Shown: positions 15,301 through 30,833 of the stretch, one piece after another | How the letters are laid out: every line of letters begins with the position of its first letter | Position numbering within the stretch: the first letter of the stretch is position 1 | Assembly (NCBI GenBank): GCA_964016885.1 | Contig: CAXHJY010000416.1 | Location: 63,312-127,311, forward strand | Reading direction: 5' to 3' | Source: Eledone cirrhosa | Taxonomy: Eukaryota | Length of the DNA: 64,000 bases | Position numbers and translations under genes: made by a program | The notes under the pieces: model-generated | Databases searched by the model: none | The model's input: the letters and a program-made list of their open reading frames with translations, nothing else | What the model was told of the DNA's origin: nothing

Positions 15301-18300
15301 GCAATTTCTTGGCACTTTTTCACCCAGTGATCATTATCCATCTGCATCACATGACGGTCTGAACACAGTCTTCTCTCTTGCACACAACTTCAGATTCCTC
15401 TTAAACCCTGTTTCTCCCTCAGTTCATCCAGGCTCTGCCGTTCTCTCACATTCACATTGCACATCCAATGAAGTTTAGTGTTCTGCCAGACCCAGGGTTA
15501 TTTACTCGAGTAAATGTCACCGGAATCTAACTACTAAATTTTATAAAGAAAAGGATAAGATATTTTTACAACACCATGTCGAATGAGAGTTAATTCCCAT
15601 TACAAAGATAATGATAAAACGTAAGCAGTTTCTCGGAACAGGTATCGAATATAAGTCTTCATTTTATTGTAGTTCCATGTTATAATTGTTGTAAACAAAT
15701 ATTCTCGTACATAATTAGGTATAGTCCAGATCCATGATAGGTGGTTAGAGAAAAGTTAACATGCTTGTCTTCAGTGTTGTTAGTTTGAAGGAAGGCGCCA
15801 AAAGAGAGAGAGCTTGACTGCGTTGCTGCTATTTATATCCTCTTTCCGGAAGTTACAAAGAGGGTTCTAGACTTTTGACGGGAAGTAACTCTAGCTACTT
15901 CCCTGTCTAGAGAGCGCTACAGAAGCATGGTAGCTTCATTTCTCTCCAGCCTATGCATGTCCCCTGCAGTCACTGCACATGTTTCACTACCATGCAGCAT
16001 CACACTTTGCACATAGGCATCATTGGATATAGAAAGAAACCTTTTGTCAACAGTGAGAGTAGTTCGCTAGACTTCTTCCATCTATCCTTATTTTAGCTAG
16101 CATGCTCTTGGAGCACCCTCCTCCACAGCTAATTAGCTCACCTAGATAGCAGATGCTATCAACCACTTTTATCAGGGACCTATCTTCTTTCCTAATTACT
16201 AGCACTTGCCTTTTGACTAAGTTTACTCTCAGCCCTTTTAATTCCAAATTCTGTTTCCATAGTCAAAACTTATTCCCTATTTTGTTTATGTATTCAGCTA
16301 TAAGGACCAGGTCATCCACATAGAGAAGTTCCCATGGACAGCCAGTCTTAAACAACTCTATTATGGCCTGGAGAACTATGATAAACTGTAGTGGGCTGAG
16401 AACAAAACATTGAGTACCAGAATATCTTATACAGGATGTGTGCTACAGGCTCACCAAGATATCAGTGGCTCTGCTTGAGTACTGACTAGATAGAAACTCT
16501 ATTTTAATATGTACCTTTCAAAAATAATATTTTGGTTTATTTATTGTGTTTTCTCCATAAATATGTCATTTAAAAAAATATCCTCAGTATAATGTCCCTG
16601 AATCACACACATCACATTTTTGTATAATTTTGTCTTATTCATCCACACACATTTTCTGCAATCTCCCTAGATTTTAGCATTTCATGTAATGGCCCTTAAT
16701 GGCTAACTAAATACCTAGTTTTAGCATTTCCTCTAATGGTCCTTAATGGCTAACTAAAATAAATCATTCTAGCTCTTTATGTTAAATCCTTCCTGGGTTG
16801 ATAAAATAAAGTAACTGCCTATGATTTTGAAAATAACCAAAAATGTTGAATGATTTAGTAATGCAACTAACTTTCTCATTATTAAACTGGTGCTTGAAGC
16901 ATAACTTATCAAAGGTTCTGACATAATATGAGGGCGGGCTGAAACATTCATAAGCTGTCTATGAAGGAGTGAAGCTAGAGCTGTGAAATCTTGCATGCAT
17001 TGATTTCAACTCTTCTTATTAATAACTGCATTGTTTCTTTCCAGGGACTATGTTGAAAAATAAACCTCATTTGGTCGTTCCATGAGAGTATCTTGGTCAG
17101 CCTATGAACTTTTCAACTGACCCTCGTATGATGGAAGGCCTTTAGATAAACATAATCACTTTAAAATATACAGTTTTGAATCATAGAACCAGGGCAGTTT
17201 CAGGTGGTTTGGTATGAAAAGGGTTAAATTTGTATCAAGAAACCACTTCTACTTTTTAAGGTTTTTTGGTAAAGTTGAAATGCAACTAAATTAAGGAAAA
17301 ACGTAAACAAAAGAAAAACAAAGAAATATTTCTAACTTACTCAGAAACATCGGCTGTTTTGGGTAAAGAGTTTAACTGAGCTTCAAGGTGTCCTACATGT
17401 TTGACAGACCTAAAATAATAAAATATTGGAATTAGAGAATATGTACAACTATGCTTGATGTATGAAATTAGAAGATTTTACAATATGGAAGCAATTTTAG
17501 GGGAGGGGAAAGTCAATTCAATCAACCCCAGTGCATTACTGGTACTTTATGTTAATGACCCTGTAAGGATGAAAGGCAAAGCTAACCTCAGCAGGGTTTG
17601 AACTCAGAATGTAAGGGGTTGTAACTCTATGCCACAAGCATGTTGTACAATGCTCTACCGACGCTGCCAACCCCCCACCCTTACAATATGAAAATAATAA
17701 TGAATAATAAATTACTAAATGTCTTAATTAACATTGATTTTGATACCATATTTCTAAGGAAATATATCACCTATGTTTTTCAATTAATTTTGTAAATTAT
17801 TGACAATTTGAAGAAATTTAGTAAAATAACTAGCCACATTATTAACCCTTTAGCATTTAAACTAGCACTATCCGGCCAAAATTCTCTCACCTCTTTCTGT
17901 TCAAACTGACCATAATTGGCCACTCATACTGATGTTAAGGTATTGTTCTCAAAATAAATAATATCAAAATCTCATAGATTCTATATTATGTGAGATAAAG
18001 TATATACCATGAAAATACAATAGTATATATAGAGTAATATAAATACTAACGAGTTAAGCTGACATTTAGTACATAGTTTAACAAAGATATTCTACCATAG
18101 CATTTTTCTAAATTTAAATATAAATGAAGTATATTTAGAGAGAGACAAGCAAAGTTTGAAAATTGTAGTAGAAATATAAGAATTCGTCATAACTTTTGAC
18201 TAAATAACAGTCTCAATAACAGGGTGTATAAACCCACATACGTTATTAAGACTATGTTATTTAGTCAAATGTTACAGTGAAGCATTATATTTGTATTTCA

Positions 18301-21300
18301 ATTTTAAAACAAGAGATTTGACATCATAGAATTAGGGCAGATTTGAGCTGGTTGGTATGAAAAGGGTTAATATATTATTTGTTACTTTCTATCACCAATC
18401 TATATTCTATCTTACATGTTGTACAAAAGGGTTTTATTTTCATTTATGATCACTAATGAAGCTATATTTGCACTTAATAGGAACAGGTGGTAGTGATGAT
18501 GATTATAACAGTATGACGAAATGAATGAGGGGACATATTCTAAAAGTTTGCAGTCTGTCTTGAGCCTGAAGGCTCATCAGGCTGGTGCTTATCCTGGTTT
18601 TCAAGGCATTAAGCAACTGAGAGTACAAGGCTCTTCCCTGGTACACATTTTCAGCTGAGTATACTGAAGCAATGTGAAATGAAGTGTTTTGCTCAAGAAC
18701 ACAATACTCAACCCAGCGCAGGAATCGAATTCATTATGACTGTAAGTCCAACACCTTTACCACTAGGTCACATGCCTCCATAAACTGATAGTATGATGAA
18801 GGCTAACCTTCTATGTCAGGTACACACAGGAAAAGATTATGCAGGATAAAGAAAAACAATCTACTTACTCTTCATACTTTATATGCAGCTCTTTGTAAAG
18901 TTTTTCAAGATCCTCTTTCTCTTTTTCTCGTTCTAAATTTACTTTATTCATCACAGTTTGAACAGAAATTAGTTCTTGTTTTAGGACAGTAGCATCATCT
19001 TCTTCAGGTCTACATATATAACAAAACAAAAAAAAATTTCTTGAAGATTTTTCCCACATCATCACAGTTTTATGTCCATTTTCCATGCTTGCATGGGTTA
19101 GATGGATCGTCAGACAACTGTGTCTTGTTCATATATTCCATTTTGGGATGGTTTTTATGACTGGATACCCTTCCTAATGCCAACAACTTCATGGCATATA
19201 CTAGGTTTGTTTTCTCATGGAACCACCTTTACCACCTGAAAGGGTGTACTGGGTCCTTTTTGTGTTGTACCAGCCCCACCACTTTACAGTGTGCACTGGG
19301 TACATTTTATTGTGGCACCAGTACTACCACTTTACAGTGTGGACTGGGTACATTTTATTGTGGCACCAGTACTACCACTTGACAGAGTTGAGTGAGTACA
19401 TTTTATCATGGTACAAGTACTACCACTTTACAGAGTGGACTAGGTACATTTTATTGTGGTACCAGCTGGGTACATTTTATCGCTTCCACCTTCCAGTGTT
19501 CATTTTTAGAAAATACATATTTAAGGTAATGCATAAAATACACATTCATTGGAACATATTTCATTCAATAGTGAATGGGATATACTTTTTGTTTGCTGTT
19601 AACCATTAGCAATTGAATGTGATCGGCTTAAGAGGCAAAATGAATGGTGCAGAGGACAAAAAGCTTTCTATTTCAATGCTATGAAATGTTAGCTCAAGCA
19701 AAGCAAGCCATGTAATCTGAAAAGATAGTTCAGCCTTCATGAATGATTCTTAGCAGACTATCTGGTGTAACTGGTATTCTTCTGTTACAAGTGTTGTAAT
19801 GAAACACTCAGTAGAAGTGTAAAGCAATATATGTATATACATGGAATGGGCCTCCATCAGTTTCCATGATGAGTGTTCCAGTTATTTGATCAACTGAACA
19901 GCCAGCTCATGAAATTAATTTGTAAATGACTAAGCATCCACATGCGTGTCCTTAACATAATATCAATGAAATTTAGTATGACACAGTATATGACAAGGCT
20001 GGCTCTTTGAATTATAGGTACAGGCTTGAAATAGTGAGATATTATGCAACACTATTTTAGATCAGATGTAAGAATGTATTTTTTGGCTGTACATTTTCAG
20101 AATAATAAAAGTAAAACGTTTATTACAAAACTAAAATATTTATTACCTTAAAGATAGCTGAGTCTCTAATTTCTCAACTTGTTGAACTTTATCTTCAAGT
20201 TGTTGCTGAAGAAATGAAAACATTATATTTCAATAATAATTTTTTTAAATGAACTTATTTTGTACTCATGTATTTTCTAGGATGGGTTTTTTCAAAATTT
20301 GGACATTTGCATATAGACTGTTACACAGAATACCATGGATATAATGGAGTTGGAACAAACAGGTGGCAAATATCACTGAGACAGCAGATTTGACTAAATT
20401 CTTTGTTACTTCACATTCTATATTAAATAATTTCAAACAGCAGCACTACAGATATTTAAAAACGGAAAATGAATGGAAATGCATGGGCTCTGGGGTCACA
20501 GAAGAATAGGAGGGGGAAGGGGGAGAGTCATGGGCTCTGGGTCTAGGGTGTGGCGGCGTTGGGGCTGTGCTCCACGGACAAGATTGCAAAAGTATTCCCG
20601 CAGACAATGGCCAGTGCAACAGCCACCCCAGCTCGCAGGCTCCTTCCTCTGACAGGTTGCTGACATTCCGATCTTGCGAAGGAGCTCAGCAGTACAGGGT
20701 TCAAACATGCCTGAGGTCTCGATGGCAACCGGTGTGAAGAAAAAGCAGCTGGACAATCCCCAGGAAGTTTAGGTCAAGAAAGACCTGACTGAGGAAAATG
20801 TCTGTGATGAAACTGTGAAGAAATTCCTGTTAGACTTTTAAGCCTGTTTTTCTATGCTTGTCTTTTCCATCACATCTCTCAACCTACACTTTCCATTCAT
20901 TATCTCCTCTGTAAGATTCAGTGTTTGGAGATCAGCTCTTACTACTTCTATCCAGATCTTCCTGACTCCACTGGGAATTCCTGGCTCTTCTTCACTCAGC
21001 AATCATCATCCATACACATCACATGTCCTTACCAGTGCAGTCATCTCTCTTGCACACCACATTTGATTCATCTTATAACCAATTTTTCTCTACACCTATC
21101 CATACTTCACCATTCATACATATTAACATCACATATCCATTGAAACAAGCTTGCTTCATTTCTCTCCAGCCCCTGCATTTACTGCCCATGTTTCACTTCC
21201 ATACAACATTGCATTTCACATGCAAGCATGAAACAGCCGGCTTTTCATTCATAGAGAGAAGCTATATGTTGTCAACAAAAGTAGTATCTCTGAATATTTA

Positions 21301-24300
21301 CTATCCCTTTTTTATACAAGCTACTATACTTTCTAAGAAACCTCCTCCACTGCTAATTAGGTCATGTAGGTAACACAAGCTATCATTATTCTAGCTTCTA
21401 TACTTTCTAAGAAACCTCCTCCACTACTAATTGGGTCAACTAGATAACAGAAGCTATCATGTAGAAATAAAACCTAATAAATGAACAAAATATAAAAACT
21501 TCTTCACCTTTAGAGTGACGATGTGATCTTCAAGAGCTGCTTTCTGTCCAAAAATCTCATCTGCTAAAGCTTTGACTGTTACAATATCACCAGCCTGTTA
21601 AAATGTCAACAAGAAATAATTTACCATTTATACAATAATAATAGTACAAGAGATAATTTACTATTTATACAATAATAATAGTACAAGAGATAATTTACCA
21701 TTTATACAATAATAATAGTACAAGAAATAATTTACTATTTATTCAATAATAATAGTACAAGAGATAATTTACTATTTATTCAATAATAATAGTACAAGAG
21801 ATAATTTACCATTTATACAATAATAATAGTACAAGAAATAATTTACTATTTATTCAATAATAATAGTACAAGAGATAATTTACTATTTATACAATAATAA
21901 TAGTACAAGAAATAATTTACCATTTATACAATAATAATAGTACAAGAAATAATTTACTATTTATACAATAATTGTTTCTACTTTAGGCACAAGGCCAGCA
22001 ATTACCCAGTGCATTACTATTTATACAATAATATTAGTGTCATAAATATTACTAAAATTAATTGCAGAGTTGCCTCCTATCATCAATAGTGATTTTGTAT
22101 CTCACTCCATTTTCTTCCTATTCAGTGGCTTTATATGCCTCGTTATTATTAAAGTTTTATTTAGTCACAGTTATGGTGAAATCTAATTCAATTTTCAAAT
22201 TCCACTCATTGTTTTCTAAATACACACACTTTCTCTTTGTTATCATCATCACAGTTTAACGTCCATTTTCCATGCTAGCATGGGTTAGATGAGTTGTCCT
22301 GGTGTGAGACAAGCCAGGTTGGATGCTTGTCTTGCTCATACAGAACTAATTTTGGCTTGGTTTCTATGGCTGGATGACCTTCTTAACGTCAACCACCTTT
22401 ACAGTCGGGACTTGGTGCTTTTTTTGTTGTGGTACCTACATGACCACTTTACAGTGTAGCTGTTTAACGTCCATTTTTCCACATGTATATATGTGTGTGT
22501 GTATGTGTGCGTGTGTATATATCATCCTCGTCATCATCATCGTTTAACGTCTATCTTCCACGTTAGCATGGATATATATATAAAGTTTTAGCATGGAAAA
22601 ATGGACACTAAATAGTAATGATGATGATGAAAGTAAATATTTTTTGTAGTTAAATATTTTTACATATTGCTTTATAATGATAAGGCCCATTTGCTAACAT
22701 AAGGCCTAATCCCTTTATTAATGTTTACTGTCTACTCTGAGTATGCTTCAATGATACTAGTAAATATCACCAAGAACCTCCACAGGTTAAGATGTCAGTC
22801 AGTATACTACAATATAATATATACCACCATTATATATTAAAATACTAACTGGTACCAATAACTTACTAGCTTTGCTGCCTTTTGTTCAACACTTCCTTTT
22901 ATTTGATTAGTTTCTTCAAGTTGTTTTTTTGTTTCAGTTAACTCAGTGGCCATAGCTTGCAATTCTTTTGCACCTGTTGACAGAAGACAGAAAGGAATGA
23001 AAGAAACATCATCATCATGACTGTTTAACGTCCATTTTTCCATGCTAGCATGGGTTAGACAATTTGTCCCATTGTGAGTCAAGTCCGATCAGATGACCGT
23101 GTCTTGCTTATACTGAACTGTTTCTGGCTTGGTTTCTATGGTTGGATACCCTTCCTAACGCCAACCACATTTTCAGTGTCGACTGGGTGCTTTTTATTGT
23201 GGCACCAAAATGACTACTTTAATAGTGTGAACTGGGCATTTTATGTCATGATACTAACACAACTACTTTACAGTGTGCTTTGGGCACTTTTTGTTGTGAC
23301 TACTTTACAAAATAAAAAACAAACATGCAATTCTAAGCCCTTGCTGAAATACTGAATACATATTCTAACAGAAATATGGTTGTTTCCTACTAAACCTATG
23401 CTAAAAACTAAGCTGGGATTTATGAAAAGGGTTTTAATCATTTTTCAATCCTAATTTTTGGCGAATTAGAATGTTGGATAGAATACTCTGTGGTATTTGA
23501 GTTCAACACCCACTGAAATGAACTTTGCTTTTCATCCTTTCATGATGATAAAAAAAAGTGCCAGTCCAATTCTAGTGTCTATTCTTCCTTTATATCTTTT
23601 TCTCACTTCCTTCTTTTCTGAAATAAATTGATTGTATTCAGACCTGGAGAGGGGATGGGCTCTGCCAAGTTTAAAATGCCCAAGACAAACAATATGTCAC
23701 TACAATACCCTAAAAACTCCACCAGGAGGTATGAGCAGAGGCATAACTAGGGTATGGCAAACATGGCATGTGCCTTGGGTGCCACTTGGATTAGGGGCAC
23801 TTTCTATTAAAGCGAGAGAAGTTATCATCAGAGAGTGAGAAAAGAAACTTCTTCAGATATATGATCTGTCTTTGATTATTATGAGTGAGAAGCACCATGG
23901 TGGCTGGATTAATGAATGGTATTAGTATTTTTGAGCTGGTTTTATGGTTATCTGAAAGATGGGTATCAGATGATTGGGCAGGGCACAATTTCACGGTTTG
24001 CCATAGGTACTATTTTCCCTAGTGACACCTCTGAGTATGGGTCCATTAATCCAGTCCTTCTTTTAGCTATGTTCTTCATAGAAATCCAATTACTTACCAA
24101 AATGTTACCAGTCACTAAACAGGCCCAGTTTTAAATACAGCAGTGATTAAATCATTAACTTCTAGATACTTACTGACATTTTGATTTTCTTCAAAGGATT
24201 TCATCTGAATTCGGTAAAAATCAAATTCTTCACGTTCCTGTTGCACCACAAAAACACAAATAATAAATAACATCTCAGAAAAGTTCAACTAAACATTTCT

Positions 24301-26262
24301 ATTATTGAAGCAATAAATATTCTCTTTGGATGACAAATTCTTTACAGAGGCATGAAAACATCACATTTATTGAGGTAGGAAAATTGAAAATGTATCATTC
24401 ATGTCATTTTGTAGAACATTATTGACATAAATGAAGTGGTTACAAATGACAATTGAAACTGAGTTGTGGAACTAGTTCTGCTCTAACTGTTAACCTTTTC
24501 ATGACCACATTTCTAATGAGATACACTCTATTTTAATTAATTAATGAAGAATTTTGAGGTATATACTAAATTTATTAATTATTCTATTACTAAGATAGTA
24601 ACTTAATGTAAGGTTCTTATATAAATTTATATTGAAAGATTTTAATTTAAATTGGAAACCTATAAAATGGGTGATTTTGTTTCATAGAACTAGAGTTGGT
24701 TGGTAACTAAAGGGTTAATAAAACAATCTTGGACCAACTAGTAGGATTTTAGAAGAGGTAACTTTGATTTAGATTGTAGATTAGCCATATAAAGCTTAGT
24801 TCAATGACACTGGAATATTATCATACCACACACACAGACAAGTGTACACACACACACTCATCTGCCTGCACACACAAATAAGCACATACATACAGAAGTG
24901 CAAACACACACAAGCACACACACAAAAGCATATGCACAAACACAAGCACACATACATAAGTGTAAACACATTTCCATACAAGCGCACACACAAGAACCAG
25001 CATACACACAACCAAGCACACACGTACACTCACACAGAAGCACAGATGCAAACATGCACAAGCACACAAACAAGATTAAATGCACATACACAAGTACAAG
25101 CACACATACATACAGAACACTTCAAGTAATGACTTAAAAATAAATATATTTAAATGTGAAGTTAATACCCTTCTCCACCACAAAATAGCTATGTTTAGAT
25201 GTTTAGTTAATACTCTTCTCCACAACAAAATACAATGGTTTTTACCTTCTTTGTGAAAGGTATAGCACCATCAGTTCCCTCTTGGTATTTCTCAAGTTCT
25301 TTCTTCAGTTCAGAAACATACCACTGTTCATCCTTCAACTGTTTCTTTAATTCTTCCATCTGTGACCTGAGAGAAATATTTCCATTTTATTCATCATCAT
25401 CATCATCACCATCATCATTTAACATCCATTTTCTCTGTCAGCAAAGATTAGCTGGGTCTTCATAAACCAAGTCAGTACTTAAGTGGAACTACTGACCTGT
25501 TAGATGGACTGGAGCCCTCCATCTTGCTTACATATGATTCAGTGTTCCACTGAGTGAATTTTATCATGACACCAGCACTAGGGAGATTGTTATGTCTTTG
25601 ACACATTTGAAGGGTCTTCCCAACCCTTAATTTGGCAGGTTTTCTATCTGGATACCCTTCTTATCACCAATCACTTTACAGAATATAATTGGTACATTTA
25701 TCATGTAGATCAGCAGCACTAGAGAAGTTGTCATACCATTGACACAACTGAAGAGTCCTCATGACTCTTTTTAGCATGGCTTCTACAGTGTGTGTGTGGT
25801 GGTGGGGCTCTTCTTATCACCAACTACCTTGGAGAGTGTACTGGGTGCATTTTCATGGCACCAGCACTAGAGAAGTTGTCGTGCCATTGACACAGCTGAA
25901 GGTTCTCCAGAAACCTTTGAGCATGGCTTTTACTGCGGGGCGCCCTTCTTATTAACTACCTTGGAGGGTGTACTGGGTGTATTTACATGGCACCAGCACT
26001 AGAGCAGTTGTCAGTTATTGTCTCAACTTAAGAGACCTCCCTACCATATTCTTAAAATGAAATAACCAAAATATGTTCAACTTACTTTTCTTCCACTGTC
26101 GGAATTTTGCCATCATGTACAGACATGTAATGTTTCTCCAAGGCATCTTGAGAAGGTAATGGTTTTTTGCAGAGTGGACACAGAAAGCCTTCCTAGAAAG
26201 ATAAAAAAAAAAAATTACATAAGCATGAATACGTATAACAGAATAGAAATATAAAGTTGGAA

Positions 26263-26317
<55 letters not shown>

Positions 26318-29031
26318 TTATATATATATGTATTATGTATATATATATATCTATCTAAGGCGGGTAAAATTCCCGAGATCCATGGACGAGTTCTCTCCAG
26401 CGGTCTCTGTCCCTCATTATCGCTGCCATATCCTGCATCTCCAACAGACCAGTGTCTGTCCTTAGGGCATCAACATATGTTAACCTTGGTCTTCCTCTTC
26501 TAGTGTGTCCATGTAGGGGCTCCCAAAGGAGCACTGAGTGCAATGTCAACTCTGGATGTCGGTGAGCATGTCCAGCCAACCTCAGTCTTCTCTGTGTCAC
26601 TTTTGAGCTGACTTTTGGGATGCTCCCATACAGCTCTGAGTTTTTCATCCTCAGTGTATACTGATTAATGTTCAGAGCCATCCTCAGCATTCTCGTGTAG
26701 CATCCATCCACCATCTGAGTGAGTCTCTTGGTCAGTGTCCAAGTCTCAGACCCATACAGCAGCACAGACTCCACTACAGCAATGAAGAGGCGGATTTTCA
26801 GGTCTCTACGAAGGTCTGACTTCCACACCGATCTCAAGCTGTGACACGCCGCCCAGGCCTTGCTCTTCCTCTCAACCACATCATCTTCCGTATTCCCAAT
26901 CTTTGCTCCCAAATACAGGAAGTCCTCAACCAATTCCAGCGGCTTCCCGCCTACATTAGTGATCGCCTCTGGCTTCTCAACATTCTCTACCAGATATTTT
27001 GTTTTAGTCTCATTCATTCTCAGCCCCACACTCATCGACACAGTCTCAACCTCCCGCATCAAATCCCCTGCCTCCTTCACTGTATTTGTCACCAAAACTA
27101 TGTCGTCGGCAAACTCAGCATCCGATACCTTTTTCGCCCCAACTCTCCTGCTCTGAGCCGGTGCCACAGCAAAGCCAGAGTCCTGGTGTTTCTCCAGTGC
27201 AAGGCGCATACAATAGTCCACTACGATGATAAAAAGGTAGGGAGCCAATGTATCTCCCTGGAGCACTCCAGCCAGTATCTCAAAGAACTCTGTCATCCCA
27301 TCAGGTGTAATGACTTGGGCTTTGGTGTTGGTGTAGAGCAGTGATATCAGGTCCACTATCCTCTTGGGGATTCCATAAGCCTGTAAGATCTTCATCAGGC
27401 AGTAACGGTCCACAGAATCAAAGGCCTTCCTAAAGTCAATGAAAACCATGACCGCAGGAAGGCACTTTGCTCTAGCTCCCTCTAATATCCTCCTCAGCAT
27501 CAGGATGTGACTGGTGGTTGATCTACCCTCTCTGAAGCCGTTCTGGTTGTCCCTGAGCTTCTTCTCCATCTCAGGCTGGATCCTGTTAAGAATCATCCTG
27601 TTGAGGGTCTTTGCCACAAGTGACGTCAGTGAGATCCCCCGGTAGTTGTTGGTGTTAGAGAGATCGCCCTTCTTTGGCACTGGGACGATGTTACTGATCC
27701 TCCACTGATTCGGGGCAACTCCTTTCTCCAGTGCCCCGTTACAGAACCCCAGGATGATATCATCAAAATCACACCTCTTCATCACCTCTGATGCCACTCC
27801 ATCCTCTCCATGAGCCTTGCCCTCCTTGATCTTCTTCTTATATATATATATATATATAGGCTTTACTGTAGCACCGGCTCAGAGCAGGAGATTTAAGGTG
27901 AAAAAGATATCAGATGCTGAATTTGCCGACGACATAGTTTTGGTGACAAATACAGTGAAGGAGGCAGAGGATTTGATGTAGGAGGTTGAAACTGTGTGGG
28001 GCTCAGAATGAAGGAGACTAAAACAAAATATCTGGTAGAGAATGTTGAGAAGCCAGAGGGGCTCACTAATGTAGGCGGGAAGCCACTAGAATTGGTTGAG
28101 GACTTCCTGTATTTGGGAGCAAAGATTGGGAATACGGAAGATTATGTGGTTGAGAGGAAGAGCAAAGCCTGGGCGGTGTGCTACAGCCCGAGATCGGTGT
28201 GGAAGTCGGACCTTCATGAAGACCTGGAAATTCGCCTCTTCATTGCTGTAGTGGAGGCTGTGCTGTTGTACGGGTCTGAGACTTGGACACTGACAAGAAA
28301 CTCACTCAGATGGAGGATGGGTGCTACACAAGAATGCTGAGGATGGCTCTGAACATTAATCAATATACACCAGGGATGAAAAGCTCAGAGCTGTATAGGA
28401 GTCCCCCAAAAGTCAGCTCAAAAGTGACACAGAGGAGACTGAGGTTAGCTGGACCCCAGTCCCTATCATCTCATTTCTACAGCTGAGTAAACTGGAGCAA
28501 TGTGAAATAAAGCGTCTTGCTCAAGGAAACAACACATCACCCGGTCTGAGAATTGAACTCACAACCTTTCAATTGCAAGCCTAATGTTCTAACCACTAAG
28601 CCATGTGCCTCCATTATATATATATATAATGTATATATATATATTTATTATGTATATATATATATATATTTATTATGTATATATATATATATATATATAT
28701 TTATTATGTATATATATATATATATTTATTATGTATATATATATATTTATTATGTATATATATATATATATATTTATTATGTATATATATATATATATAT
28801 TTATTATGTATATATATATATATATATATTATGTATATATATATATTATGAATATATATATATATACATATATATATATTTTGTATATATATATATATAT
28901 ATATATTATGTATATATATATTATATATATATATATATATTATGTATATATATATATATATATATATATTATGTATATATATATATATATATATTATGTA
29001 TATATATATCTACATATTATGTATATATATA

Positions 29032-29065
<34 letters not shown>

Positions 29066-29637
29066 GTATATATTTATATCATCATCCTCATCATCTTCGT
29101 TTAACGTCCATTTTCCACGCTAGCATGGGTTAGATGGGAGTTGTCCCACTTGAGGCAAGGCTGGTCGGGTGACCGTGTCTCGCTCATATAGGACTATCTG
29201 GCAGGTTTTCTATGGCTGGATGCCCTTCCTAACACCAACTACATTTACAGTGTATATTATGTATATATATAAAGGCACATTGCTTAGTGGTTAGAGCATT
29301 AGGCTTGCAATCGAAAGCTTGTGATTTCAATTCTCAGACCAGGTAATGTGTTGTTTCCTTGAGCAAGACACTTTATTTCACATTGCTCCAGTTTACTCAG
29401 CTGTAGAAATGAGATAATAGGACTGGGGTCCCTATCATTCCACTGCAAAGTGCTCGTGGAGGTGCCATGGCAAAAAAGCACCCAGCACTCACTGTAAATG
29501 AGGTTGGTCTTAGAAAGGGGCTCCAGCTATAGAAATCAAGCCTGAATCAGTTCCCGTCCACCCTTGCAAGCAGGGAAAAGCGGACGTAAAATGAAATGAT
29601 GATGAAATGATATATATATATTATGTATATATACATA

Positions 29638-29671
<34 letters not shown>

Positions 29672-30797
29672 TTTATTTTCATAATCACACATGATGTTAA
29701 ACTAGCCTGCTTTTAAATTCCCTTTTTGGCATATTAATCAGTGAGAATTTGGCTATCGTGTTGAGCTCTGCTGACGATCGAATTCCAACCGTGACCATCT
29801 CCACTGAAAGTTTTCGTGAAATAGTCTTTTCAAGACTATACAGAGCATTTGTAGTTGTCCCAAATTGAAGGATGAGTATTTTAAACTTTATTTTATTATG
29901 AGGTAAGGCTCTATTGATTTTTCCCTGGATTTCACTAAATTCTGTTGGATAAATCTATATCCTGATTCTTTTTGAATTGAGTTTGAATTATTTTTCCCAC
30001 ATCTTATGTTAACTATTTTCCCATTTTGACGCTATAGTCACTTATATATTATGGAATACTGTTGGTTTCTTGCTACAATACTTTCTATACCTTTCATTTA
30101 TATATTATGTATATATACATACATATATATTATGTATATATACATATGTATATACATATATATATATATACATATATATATTATATATATATACATATAT
30201 ATATTATGTATATATTATGTATATATACATATACATATATATATGTATATATATTATGTATATATACATATGTATATACATATATATATATATACATATA
30301 TATATTATATATATATACATATATATATTATGTATATATTATGTATATATACATATGTATATATACATATATATATATTATGTATATATACATATATATA
30401 TTATGTATATATACATATATATATTATGTATATATACATATATATATTATGTATATATATATATATATATATATTATGTATATATATATATATGATGTAT
30501 ATATTCATATATATTATGTATATATATATATATTATGTATATATATATATATATATATTATGTATATATACATATATATTATGTATATATACATATATAT
30601 TATGTATATATATATATTATGTATATATATATATATATATATTATGTATATATATATATATATATATTATGTATATATATATATTATGTATATATATATA
30701 TTATGTATATATATATATTATGTATATATATATATTATGTATATATATATTATGTATATATATATTATGTATATATATATATTATGTATATATATAT

Positions 30798-30833
<36 letters not shown>

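Noticed and set aside
23800-23832. Minus-strand CTGATGA...GAAA
   Set aside because: No credible stems I-III; chance match inside a MITE.
24796-25137. Cys/Val- and His/Thr-rich ORFs (also 47733-48172 and 51591-52266)
   Set aside because: Degenerate (CA)n/(TG)n repeats.
26086-26192. Separate Rabenosyn-5 gene suggested by EGFLCPLC
   Set aside because: The exon splices in phase into unambiguous EEA1 coiled-coil exons and no other Rabenosyn-like exons were seen.
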